This document shows positions 28,530 through 40,019 of a stretch of 64,000 nt of DNA, in pieces. The position numbers were made by a program, and so were the translations under genes. Numbering within the stretch: position 1 is the stretch's first letter; the number at the start of each line of letters is the position of its first letter. Below the pieces are notes generated by a model, which searched no databases, was not told the origin of the DNA, and saw nothing but the letters and a program-made list of their open reading frames with translations. Origin of the DNA: an uncultured Anaerolineaceae bacterium (GTDB lineage: Bacteria > Chloroflexota > Limnocylindria > Limnocylindrales > CSP1-4); NCBI GenBank assembly GCA_964610835.1, contig CAZSWK010000002.1, positions 1,972 to 65,971 of the forward strand, given 5' to 3'.

Positions 28530-28880
28530 TCAGCTGGCGCCCGCCGCCTGGACCTCGCGGAAGCAATCGGAGCAGTAAACGGGTCGATCCATGCGTGGCT
28601 TGAAAGGCACCTGGGCGGCATTGCCACACTTCGAACAGATAACGGCAAAGTATTCGCGCTGAGGCCGGTAATCGCCGCGCTCGTAGCCGCGCGGGCCGCC
28701 GATCTCGCGCATGTCGTAGCCGCTCGACTCGCGCATGGCACGACGGGCCGCGCGACAGCTTGGGCAGCGCTTGGGATCCGATGCGAACCCCTTCTGGGCA
28801 TAGAACTCCTGGTCGGCCGCGGAGTGGACGAATTCCACGCCGCAGTCGGCACAGGTAAGGGTCCGATCCGTATAACTCAC
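28530..28880 (-). CDS. zinc-ribbon domain protein (two CxxC pairs twice)
   Basis: VSYTDRTLTCADCGVEF...KRCPSCRAA and ...VICSKCGNAAQ...VYCSDCF give two zinc-ribbon units. GTG start at about 28880 has GGAGG 9 nt upstream; the track ORF extends further but overlaps. Confidence 0.5.
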   Translation of the reverse strand: MSYTDRTLTCADCGVEFVHSAADQEFYAQKGFASDPKRCPSCRAARRAMRESSGYDMREIGGPRGYERGDYRPQREYFAVICSKCGNAAQVPFKPRMDRPVYCSDCFREVQAAGAS

Positions 28881-29237
28881 CTGGTTTGCCTCCCCTGGGC
28901 AGCGAACGTTGTGACCGTTGTTGCCGGATGCCCACCGAACTCCAGCTCCGAGCACGCTGAAGCCGTGCGTAGCGCTACGACGAGGAGCCGGGCGCCACGC
29001 GACCCAGGTGCTCTGCCGAGGTCCCTGAACTGGGGCGCACCGGTAACTGGCGCAAGGTTACCACCGGCGGCCGACCTGCCCAAGGCGCGCCCCGGCGGCC
29101 CACGCTCAATTTCCGCCTAGCCCAACCTTCCTATGTGTGGCGGCCCTGCAAGGGTGTCAGAATTCAGTGTGGCCTGTCGGCACCACTCTGGTCGGCGGGA
29201 GGTTCGTCAATCCATAGCGAGGGAGTCCACCGCGGCG

Positions 29238-30419
29238 ATGCCCCGCCTTCTGCACATGGCCGATGTTCACCTCGGTGCCCGTCACAGCGATCTCGGGCCG
29301 GCGGCGGCTGAGCAGCGCGAGCGCCAGTTCGCCGCCTTCGAGCGGGCCATCGAGCATGCGCTGGCGGAGCGCGTCGACCTGGTCCTGATAGCCGGCGACC
29401 TGTTCGACTCGAACAGCCAGCCGCCCCGCTCGGTCGAGCGGGCGGCCGCTCAGCTCGGCCGTCTCGTCCAGCGTCACATACCGACGGTTGTCATTCCCGG
29501 GACGCACGACAGCTACGAGCCGGGCTCCATCTATCGCGTCTTCGATCTGGCGGCGCTGGCCGGTGCGGAGGGAACCGATCTGCTGACCGTACTGACCGAC
29601 CAACAGCGCCTGGTGGAGTTCGAGGCGCTGGGCATAGCCGTCCACGGCTTTGTCTTCGCCACCAAGCGTGCGCCGGAAAGCCCACTGGCCGGTTTCACGA
29701 TCACTCGCGAGCCGGTCAGGAACAGCGCGATCATCTGGCACGTGGGCATGATCCACGGCTCGCTGGTGGTGCCCGGGCACGTCGACCAGGACGAGGTCGG
29801 ATTCACGGAGGGGGAGATCGCCGCGAGCGGCCTGGACTACCTGGCTCTTGGCCACTGGCACACGGCGCGTCAGGGCCGGGCCGGGCGCACGACCTGGGCT
29901 TACTCGGGTGCCCCGGAGCCGGTTGCGGTCGATCAGGACGGGGCCGGTCAGGTGCTGGTCGTCGCGCTCGAAGATGCCGAGGGACGGCGCACGGTGAGCG
30001 TTGCTACGCAGCCGGTGGGCCGGACCCATTTCCAGAAGCTCGAACTCGACGCCGCCACCATCGGCTCGCAGGCAGAGGTCGATGCCCAGTTGCGCAAGCT
30101 GGCGGATCCGGACAGGGTGCTCGACGTGCGCCTGGTGGGCGTCAAACCGGCAGGGCTGGACCTGAACACCGACGAACTTGAAAACCAGCTGCGCGGCTCG
30201 TTCCTGCGCGTGCGCGTGCGCGACGCCGCGGTGATGGCCTTGCCCGATGGCCCGATGCCGCCGGTGGACACGATCATCGGCTCGTTCGCCCGCGACCTGG
30301 AGGCGCGCATCAAGGATGCCGAGGGCCGCGGCGACACGGCCCGCGCGGCCGAGTTGCGCGAGGCACTCCACCTGGGGGCGTTGCTGCTCGACGATCCCAA
30401 CCGCGTGACGCTGGCCTAG
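29238..30419 (+). CDS. sbcD: DNA repair exonuclease SbcD/Mre11-family metallophosphoesterase
   Basis: MPRLLHMADVHLG, GDLFD, GTHD, GHWH motifs are present. The start is moved to internal MPRLL. Confidence 0.8.
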   Translation: MPRLLHMADVHLGARHSDLGPAAAEQRERQFAAFERAIEHALAERVDLVLIAGDLFDSNSQPPRSVERAAAQLGRLVQRHIPTVVIPGTHDSYEPGSIYRVFDLAALAGAEGTDLLTVLTDQQRLVEFEALGIAVHGFVFATKRAPESPLAGFTITREPVRNSAIIWHVGMIHGSLVVPGHVDQDEVGFTEGEIAASGLDYLALGHWHTARQGRAGRTTWAYSGAPEPVAVDQDGAGQVLVVALEDAEGRRTVSVATQPVGRTHFQKLELDAATIGSQAEVDAQLRKLADPDRVLDVRLVGVKPAGLDLNTDELENQLRGSFLRVRVRDAAVMALPDGPMPPVDTIIGSFARDLEARIKDAEGRGDTARAAELREALHLGALLLDDPNRVTLA

Positions 30420-30423
30420 AACG

Positions 30424-32673
30424 ATGCGTATCAGACACGTCCACCTCGAGAACTTCGCCCGCCACGAGTCGCTCGACCTCGACTTCGCGCCGGGCCTGAA
30501 CGTCGTGCGCGGCGCGAACGAGGCCGGCAAATCGACCGTCCAACGAGCCCTCGAAATGGGCCTCTTCCGGCGCCCGACGTCAACTGCGGAGGACGTCGAC
30601 CGGTTGCGCCCCTGGGCAGCGCAGGACAGCGCCCCGGTGGTGGCGATCGATTTCGAGGAGGACGGTGTCGAAGGCAGTCTGCGCAAGGTTTTCGCCGGCC
30701 AGCGCGGTACGGTCGAGATGCGGCTGGGCGACGAAGAGAAGGCCATGTCCGACCCGGCGCAGGTCGAACAGCAGGTGGCGCGCCTGACTGGCCTGCCGTC
30801 GGAGAAATTCTTCCAGGCCACGGCCAGCGTGCATCACCAGGAACTGACTGGCTTGAAGCAGGATGAGAACACCCTGCGTGACCGTCTGCAGCAGTCGATG
30901 AGCGGTGCCGATCGCGGCACGCGAGCTGCGCGGCGCAAGCTCGAGGACGCTGTCCACCGCTATCGGACGGAGGGCTCGAAGAATCCCGGCTATCTCAAGA
31001 GCATGCGCGCCGAGGTCGATCGGCTGCGGGTCGCGGTGGAGACCGGTGAGGCGGCGCTGGCCGCCCTGGCCACCGACCGCCAGGCGCTGTCGGAGGCCCG
31101 TGCCACGCGTGCCGGCCTCGATACGCGTCTCGCCCACGAACGCGCGGGGGCCGAGAAGTCCGAGCGAGCGGTCGAACTGACGGCGCGGGCAAACGACGCG
31201 TCGAGCAAGTACCTGGTCTACCGGCGCGCCGCCGAATTGCGGACCGAGATCGACAAGCTCAATGGCAGTCATCCGACGCCGATCCCGCTGGCCAGGCTGC
31301 GCGCCGCGGTTGACGACCTGCGCGACACCGAGTTCCGTCTATCAGAAATGCGCGCCGAACTGGCTGCCGAGCCCGACCTGTCCGGCTACGACGTGGCCAT
31401 CCCCACGCTGCGGTGGCGGCCCTGGGCAATCGGCGGGGCGGTCATGCTGGTCATCGGCCTGATCGGGCTCGTCGGTGGCGTGCTGCTTGACTCGCTGGCG
31501 GTCGGCGGCGTGGCGGCGCTGGCCTTTGCGCTGCTCGGCGTCGCCGGGTTGCTTTTCGCTGCTCGCGAGCGGCGACGGATTCATGATGTCCGGCTGCAGA
31601 ACGAGTTGCGTGAGTCAGAGATCGCGCGCCGTCTGCAGGGCCGCACCGAGCTGTCTGAGCAGGTTCGGCAGACAGAGCAGGAGCGTGCGGACAAGCTCGT
31701 TCCGCTCGAGGTCGAGGATGTGGCCGCGGCCGAGGCGCTGCTCGCCGCCGAGACCGAGCACGTGGCCCGGATCGATGCCCTGACGGCCGAGTTCCGTGGT
31801 CTGACGCGCGCCGAGCCGGGCGCCGAGAACGTCGATGAGCTGCGCGACCGTGCCGCCGCCGAGGCCGACGAGTGCCGGCACGCGCTCGCCGGCATGGGCG
31901 AGGTGGGACACGATCCCGAGCGCCATCTTGCCGGCCATCGTCTCGCGATCGAGCGCCTGACGCCCGAACGCGAAGCTGCGCTCCAGGCCGAGGCCCATGC
32001 CCAGGCGCGCGTCACGGCCAACGAAGTCGACGCCGAGCAGGTCGCGGCCGATACCGAGGCACTCAGCACGGCCCAGGAGCAGTACGTCGCAGCCGAACGG
32101 CGCCTGCGTATCTACGAACAGGTCCTCGCCGCGCTGGATGCCGCGGAGCAGGCGACCATGAAGAAGGCGGCACGTTTCCTCGAGCAGCGCATGGCCCAGG
32201 ACGTCGACCGGGTCACCGGCGGCCGCTATCGCCGACTGCGCGTCGACGAGGGGACGCTGACCTTCACCGTCTACTCGCCCGAACTCGACGACTGGGTCGA
32301 TGTCCGGCGCCTGTCGCAGGGCACGCTCGACCAGCTGTACCTGTGTGCCCGGCTGGGGATCGTCCGCCAGGTCACCGAACCTGCGAGTCCGCCGCTGGTG
32401 TTCGACGACCCGTTCGTCACTTTTGACGATGAGCGGGCTCTGCGGGCGGTGGCCCTGCTGCACGACATCGCCCGCGAGCATCAGGTGCTGCTGCTCACCA
32501 CCAGTGACCGCTACGACGATCACGCCGACAATGTGCTCGTCTTGCCCGCCCCGACTCAGCGCGATGAGCCGGAGCCCGGATCTCCTTCAACAACGACGGC
32601 GGCTGAAACGATCTCCATGTGGAGCAGCGCGCCGGTCAGCCGGACACCGGCCTCGACACGGAAGGGTCGCTGA
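30424..32673 (+). CDS. SbcC/Rad50-like ABC-type ATPase with central membrane-spanning hairpin
   Basis: Walker A (GANEAGKST) at the N-terminus, signature/Walker B/D-loop (LSQGTLDQLYL...LVFDDPFVTFD) at the C-terminus, and long Ala/Glu/Arg coiled coil between. The middle about 31425-31565 encodes two hydrophobic helices (AIGGAVMLVIGLIGLVGGVLL / VGGVAALAFALLGVAGLLFAA). No CxxC hook is visible. Confidence 0.75.
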   Translation: MRIRHVHLENFARHESLDLDFAPGLNVVRGANEAGKSTVQRALEMGLFRRPTSTAEDVDRLRPWAAQDSAPVVAIDFEEDGVEGSLRKVFAGQRGTVEMRLGDEEKAMSDPAQVEQQVARLTGLPSEKFFQATASVHHQELTGLKQDENTLRDRLQQSMSGADRGTRAARRKLEDAVHRYRTEGSKNPGYLKSMRAEVDRLRVAVETGEAALAALATDRQALSEARATRAGLDTRLAHERAGAEKSERAVELTARANDASSKYLVYRRAAELRTEIDKLNGSHPTPIPLARLRAAVDDLRDTEFRLSEMRAELAAEPDLSGYDVAIPTLRWRPWAIGGAVMLVIGLIGLVGGVLLDSLAVGGVAALAFALLGVAGLLFAARERRRIHDVRLQNELRESEIARRLQGRTELSEQVRQTEQERADKLVPLEVEDVAAAEALLAAETEHVARIDALTAEFRGLTRAEPGAENVDELRDRAAAEADECRHALAGMGEVGHDPERHLAGHRLAIERLTPEREAALQAEAHAQARVTANEVDAEQVAADTEALSTAQEQYVAAERRLRIYEQVLAALDAAEQATMKKAARFLEQRMAQDVDRVTGGRYRRLRVDEGTLTFTVYSPELDDWVDVRRLSQGTLDQLYLCARLGIVRQVTEPASPPLVFDDPFVTFDDERALRAVALLHDIAREHQVLLLTTSDRYDDHADNVLVLPAPTQRDEPEPGSPSTTTAAETISMWSSAPVSRTPASTRKGR

Positions 32674-33596
32674 CCGTCGGCCCAGTCTTTGGCCTGATAT
32701 CGGCCCTCAGCTGGGGCGCCGGCGATTTCTGCGGCGGGCTCCTCAGCCGGTACACGAGCGTCCTGGCCGCGATCATGGTCAGCCAGTCGCTGGGCTTGCT
32801 GCTGGCGCTCGGCCTGGTCATCGGCTCCGGTGAGCCGGCCCCTTCGAACGCCGCCATGGCGTGGGCTGTCGCCGCAGGCGCCTCCGGCGTGGCCGGGCTC
32901 GGCTTCTTCTATTTCGCACTGTCACGCGGCACGATGAGCGTCATCGCGCCGCTGGCGGCGCTCGTCGGCGCCGGGGTGCCCGTCCTGCTCACGATCGGCG
33001 GTGGCGAGGCGGCCGACACACCACGACTGGTCGGCATCGCCCTGGCGCTGGCCGCGGTGGTACTCATCTCGCTACCTGACCGGGCCACGAGTGCACACGA
33101 GCGGCGAGCCTGGCGCATCGACGTCAGCGAGCTGCCACTGGTGCTGTTCAGCGGCCTGGGCTTCGCCGGCTTCTTCCTGTTCATCGACCACGCGTCGGCG
33201 GGTGGCTCGATCTGGTGGCCGCAGATGGCCGTGCGCCTGACCGGCCTCGGCCTGACGGTGCTGTTCTTCACGCTGCTGCTCGCGGCTCGCCGCCGGCCGT
33301 CTGGCTGGCGTCAACAGGCGCGTGCCCTGCTGGGCATGAACCGGCTGCGCGCAGGTGGACGCGGCCTGCTGGCGGTCGCGCCGCTGTTCGTGATGGCTGG
33401 CGCGGGCGACCTGGGCGGCAACACCTTCTTCCTGTTCGCCGAACACGCCGACGCCTTCGCCGTGGCCGTCGTACTTTCTTCGCTCTACCCGGTCGTCACC
33501 GCGTTGCTGGCGGCCAGCTTCCTGCGCGAGCGGATGCGGCCCGTCCAGCTCCTGGGCGTGGCTCTCGCCGCGTGCGCCATCGCGCTACTGCACTAG
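32619..33596 (+). CDS. EamA/DMT-superfamily transporter
   Basis: About 10 hydrophobic helices in two EamA repeats. No in-frame ATG/GTG/TTG is seen right after the sbcC-like stop, so the start may be the ATG at 32619, giving a 55-nt overlap with the SbcC-like gene. Confidence 0.65.
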   Translation: MEQRAGQPDTGLDTEGSLTVGPVFGLISALSWGAGDFCGGLLSRYTSVLAAIMVSQSLGLLLALGLVIGSGEPAPSNAAMAWAVAAGASGVAGLGFFYFALSRGTMSVIAPLAALVGAGVPVLLTIGGGEAADTPRLVGIALALAAVVLISLPDRATSAHERRAWRIDVSELPLVLFSGLGFAGFFLFIDHASAGGSIWWPQMAVRLTGLGLTVLFFTLLLAARRRPSGWRQQARALLGMNRLRAGGRGLLAVAPLFVMAGAGDLGGNTFFLFAEHADAFAVAVVLSSLYPVVTALLAASFLRERMRPVQLLGVALAACAIALLH

Positions 33597-34366
33597 GCGC
33601 CGGCCGCCTCCCGGTCGATCAGCCACAGGGCGTTGCCCAGCAGCGCGCTCTGGACGGGCCACCGTCGCGGCTCGCGCTCTGGACCGAGCACACTGCGCAC
33701 TATTTCGGCCTTGCCTGGCCCGTTGGCCATCACGATGATCTGCCGTGCAACGGGCAGGAGGCGTGCCGCGAGCGTCACCCGCGGCAGGTGCGGCTCGACG
33801 TGCCGCGGTGCGGCAATGGACATTGCGATCGGTGCATCGGCTGCCAGCGCGGGGCTGTCCGGGAAGATCGACATCACGTGGCCGTCGGGCCCGATGCCGG
33901 CCAGGATCACGTCGAAGATCGGAACGCCGTCAGCGTCGAGCGGCAGGAGGCCTCTGATCTCGGCGGCATAGGCGGCAGCCGCCTGCGGTCCGGCGTCCGG
34001 CGCATCGGACGCCAGGTCGACCGGTACCGGGTGAACATTGGCCGCGTCGACGAGCGGGGCGGTGGCCCGCAGAAGCCGTTCGGCGAGGCCGGCATTCGAT
34101 TGTGGATCCGCGAGCGGCACGAGACGCTCATCGCCCCACCAGAGATGGACCCGTTGCCAGCTCAGCTGCGTGCGCCGCTCGGGCCGGGTCAGTTCGTGGA
34201 AGAACGGGACTGCGGTCGAGCCGCCGGTCAGCGCCAGGTGGACGGTCCGGCCCTGCGCGATGCCACGGGCGAGTACCGCGATGGTGCGGTCGGCGGCGCT
34301 CCGTGCCACGTCATCTGGGTCGGGCAGGATCCTCAACTCGGCAGGCGCCGCGTCGAGGTCAGCCAC
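33593..34366 (-). CDS. pgl: 6-phosphogluconolactonase
   Basis: C-terminal 257 aa of the track ORF match Pgl/DevB (HLALTGGST..., WGDERLVP..., GIGPDGH). GTG start at about 34366 overlaps the opcA stop; the upstream 100 codons of the track ORF are antisense read-through. Confidence 0.8.
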   Translation of the reverse strand: MADLDAAPAELRILPDPDDVARSAADRTIAVLARGIAQGRTVHLALTGGSTAVPFFHELTRPERRTQLSWQRVHLWWGDERLVPLADPQSNAGLAERLLRATAPLVDAANVHPVPVDLASDAPDAGPQAAAAYAAEIRGLLPLDADGVPIFDVILAGIGPDGHVMSIFPDSPALAADAPIAMSIAAPRHVEPHLPRVTLAARLLPVARQIIVMANGPGKAEIVRSVLGPEREPRRWPVQSALLGNALWLIDREAAGA

Positions 34367-35600
34367 CGATGAGACGCACGGCGCGCACCAGGGCTGCCTC
34401 GAAGGCACGATCGATCCCGGGCCGCTCGAGTGCCTCGGCGATGAACGGCGTTTCCTCGAAGGGCTCGAGCCGCCCCGCCCGGCGCGCGACTTGAGCGCCG
34501 TTCCAGTCGGCGGTCGCGAGCAGGTGATCGGCCTGGCGCGTGATGCGCGCCCGGATCGATGACCGCGGCCGCTCGGTGTCCACCTCAACGCGGACCAGCG
34601 ATCCGGCACCACGTTGCGCTCCGTCGAGTGTCTGGTGCACCGGTCGCAGCTCGACCTTGATCTCGCGCCGCCCATCACGGAAGGCGCCGACCAGCCCCTC
34701 GTCGTCCTGCTGCTCGCTCAGCGGACGCGCCACGTCCCAGCCGAGTCGGGATGCCAGCCAGCCGCAGAAGTAGGCGGCCTTGGAGATGCGGAAGGTGCTT
34801 GTCGGCCGTGAGACGTCGACACGCACGCTGCGGATATGGCGCAACTCGCGCACCAGCAGAGGATGGTCGAACAGCCCCGCCATCAGCTCGCGCCACAGGG
34901 TGAGCCGTAGCCAGCCGATGTCGGCCACCGACACACCGTCGGACACGACGGTTGCCAGGCCTGCCATGCGGCGGCCGCCGTCCTCGTGGAACGTGCCCGA
35001 GTCGACCAGCAGACGGTCGGCGCTGCCCACGACCTCGTTGAACAGGCGCGAGCCGAAAGGCGGATCGTCGGGCCACCACAGCACGACCGGCAGATCGTGG
35101 ATCAACAGCGGGGTGATCACGCGCGAGAGGTGCTGGGAAAGTTCGCCGCCGGTGCGCACCACGATCTGTTCGGTGCACATCTCGGCGTCGGTGCGCTCCG
35201 AGAGCTTGCACTCTGCGTAGATGTCAGCGTCCATCCTGGCCGGCCCGTCGAAATCGCCGGGCGAGACGACCACGGCTCGCGATGGATGCCGCTGATGGAG
35301 TGCCTCGACGGCCGCCAGGGCACGCTCGGCCGTCTCGGGGCGGGGAGCGATGACGACCAGCGTGAGGACGCTCGTGCGCATTCGCACCCTTACCGATTGG
35401 TGCGTGTCCAGCCGTGCCGCCAGCCGCGGGTCACCCAGCGCCGCGCCACGTGTCTCTTCGGACAGCTCGGCCCCCGCAGCCTCCTCGGCGGCCGAGCTCC
35501 ATACCTGGCCGAGCTCGTCGACGCACTGACGAATGCTGTGCGCCCGCACGTGCCAGCGGCTGGCCGAATCTTCGAGAGCGGGCCCGGTCGTGTCGGTCAT
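34359..35600 (-). CDS. opcA: glucose-6-phosphate dehydrogenase assembly protein OpcA
   Basis: 413 aa located directly downstream of zwf, with OpcA-like composition (LVVIAPRPETAERALAAVEAL...). Confidence 0.8.
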   Translation of the reverse strand: MTDTTGPALEDSASRWHVRAHSIRQCVDELGQVWSSAAEEAAGAELSEETRGAALGDPRLAARLDTHQSVRVRMRTSVLTLVVIAPRPETAERALAAVEALHQRHPSRAVVVSPGDFDGPARMDADIYAECKLSERTDAEMCTEQIVVRTGGELSQHLSRVITPLLIHDLPVVLWWPDDPPFGSRLFNEVVGSADRLLVDSGTFHEDGGRRMAGLATVVSDGVSVADIGWLRLTLWRELMAGLFDHPLLVRELRHIRSVRVDVSRPTSTFRISKAAYFCGWLASRLGWDVARPLSEQQDDEGLVGAFRDGRREIKVELRPVHQTLDGAQRGAGSLVRVEVDTERPRSSIRARITRQADHLLATADWNGAQVARRAGRLEPFEETPFIAEALERPGIDRAFEAALVRAVRLIGG

Positions 35601-35616
35601 GCTGGCCCCACCGCGT

Positions 35617-37263
<1,647 letters not shown>

Positions 37264-37279
37264 GCCGCCCGACCCCGAG

Positions 37280-38226
<947 letters not shown>

Positions 38227-38230
<4 letters not shown>

Positions 38231-40017
38231 GATCCCACCCGGGCTTCCCGTTCGAGCGGCCGCTCGAGTGCCTGTTTGAATGCCTCGCGCAGCTGCGCGA
38301 GGCCCGCGTCCGGGTCGGCCGAGAGATTGATCGTCGCCACCGGCAGCTCGTGCGTCTCGAGCGAGGTGAAGTCGCCCGCTGCCTGGCTGGCGATGAGCGT
38401 GCCAAATGACTCGCGCTGCCCGGGGATGTGTGGCCCGTCGGGCTGGTCGGCGGTCAGCTGGATGAAGCAGCCGATCGGCGCGCCGCCCTTGTGCAGCTGC
38501 CCGGTGGAGTGCAGGAAGCGCGGCCCATAGCCCAGCGTGACCGCGCGCTGCGTGCCGTCGCGCAGCTGCGTGGCGATCCCGCGCAGGATGTCCGTGCGCT
38601 GTGCCTCGGGCGCCAGGTACGCCTGCAGGCCGTAGTAGCCGCGCGGCCGCACCCGCGCCAGATGCCGCCGCAGCTCGTTTACGAAACCGTCACGGCCCAT
38701 CGTCAGGCGCAATGGCGCGTCGCCGTACAGCCGCAGGGCACCCGATTCGGCCAGCAACTCGGTGTGTGGCAGCTGATGCGTGTGGTGGTAGGCATCGAGT
38801 ACGCGGCGGGTGTTCTCCTTGGACTCGGTGACGTTCGGTTCGTCGAAGGGGTTGATGCCGAGCACGGCGCCCGCCACCGCGGTTGCGAACTCCCAGCGGA
38901 AGAACTCGCCGCCCAGGGCGTGCTCGCCGTCCATGTGCAGGTCGACGACCGGGTGGCCGGCGGCGGCCAGCGCGTCGAGGGCGCGGTCGGTGGCCGCCTG
39001 CCATGTCTCGTCAGTGGCGCTGCTGATGCGCACGAAGACCCGATCGTCGTCGTACACGCCCGGCTTGCCCAGTGGCTCGCCGTCGACCGGCACGATCCCC
39101 ACTCCGTGCTTGCCGGTACTCTCGGCGATGAGCTGTTCGATCCATGCCCCGAGCGCGGCCGCGCCGGGTTCGATGATCAGGGTCAGCTTGTCACGACCGG
39201 CACGCGCCAGCGTGCCCAGGGTGACGCCCAGCCATAGGCCGGGATTGTCCGCGTCGCCTCGATGGCAGCGAGCCGCCATCTCCGACGCTTCGCTGAGCAG
39301 TCCGCGCAGGTCGAGGTCAAGCAGCGCGGCAGGTACCAGGCCCACGTAGGTCAGGGCGCTGTAGCGCCCCCCGACATCTTGGGGGTTCAGGAAGACCTCG
39401 CGGAAGAGATCGGAGTGCGGAATGGCTTCCACGCTCTTGCCCGGATCGGTGATGGCCACGAAGTGGGCACCGGGCAGGCTCTCCGGGATCTCGCCGTGGA
39501 GGCGATCCTCGAGCTGCCAGAAGTGCGCCAGGAAGGACAGCGTCTCGGTCGTCGTGCCCGACTTTGAGGCAATCAGGTAGACGGTGCGTGCCGGTTCTGA
39601 CGCGTCGCTGGCGGCGCTCACCGCACGCGGCGCGGTCGAGTCCAGCACCGGAACCGGCAGCCCGTGCGCGCCGCGTGGGAGTGAGGTGGCCAGTACGGCG
39701 GGGGCCAGCGAAGAGCCGCCCATGCCGCATACCAGCCCGGCCGTAAACCCTTCGGCGCGCAGGGCGGCAGCGAACGCCTGCAGTTCTTCGATGTCGTCGG
39801 CGAAGTGGTCGGGTGCGTCGAGCCAGCCCAGGCGATGACGGATCTTCTCGGCGACGGGCGGGTCGTCCGTCCACACCTTCGTGTCGCGCTGCCAAATGCG
39901 TGCCGGCCAGTCAGCTTCGACTGCCTTCGCGAGTGCCTCTGCCACTTGCTCGCGCAGGCCGCTGGTCAGGCGGGTGGCGTGTCCCTGTTCGATTGCTGTG
40001 TCAGCCATGCTCGCCAT
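38227..40017 (-). CDS. pgi: glucose-6-phosphate isomerase
   Basis: The LIASKSGTTTETL signature (SKSGTTxET) and GGRYS are present; length is 596 aa. Confidence 0.8.
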
Positions 40018-40019
40018 CC

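Noticed and set aside
29157-30821. 554-aa minus-strand ORF
   Set aside because: Antisense to sbcD, with a low-complexity translation.
31615-32523. 302-aa minus-strand ORF
   Set aside because: Antisense to the SbcC-like gene.
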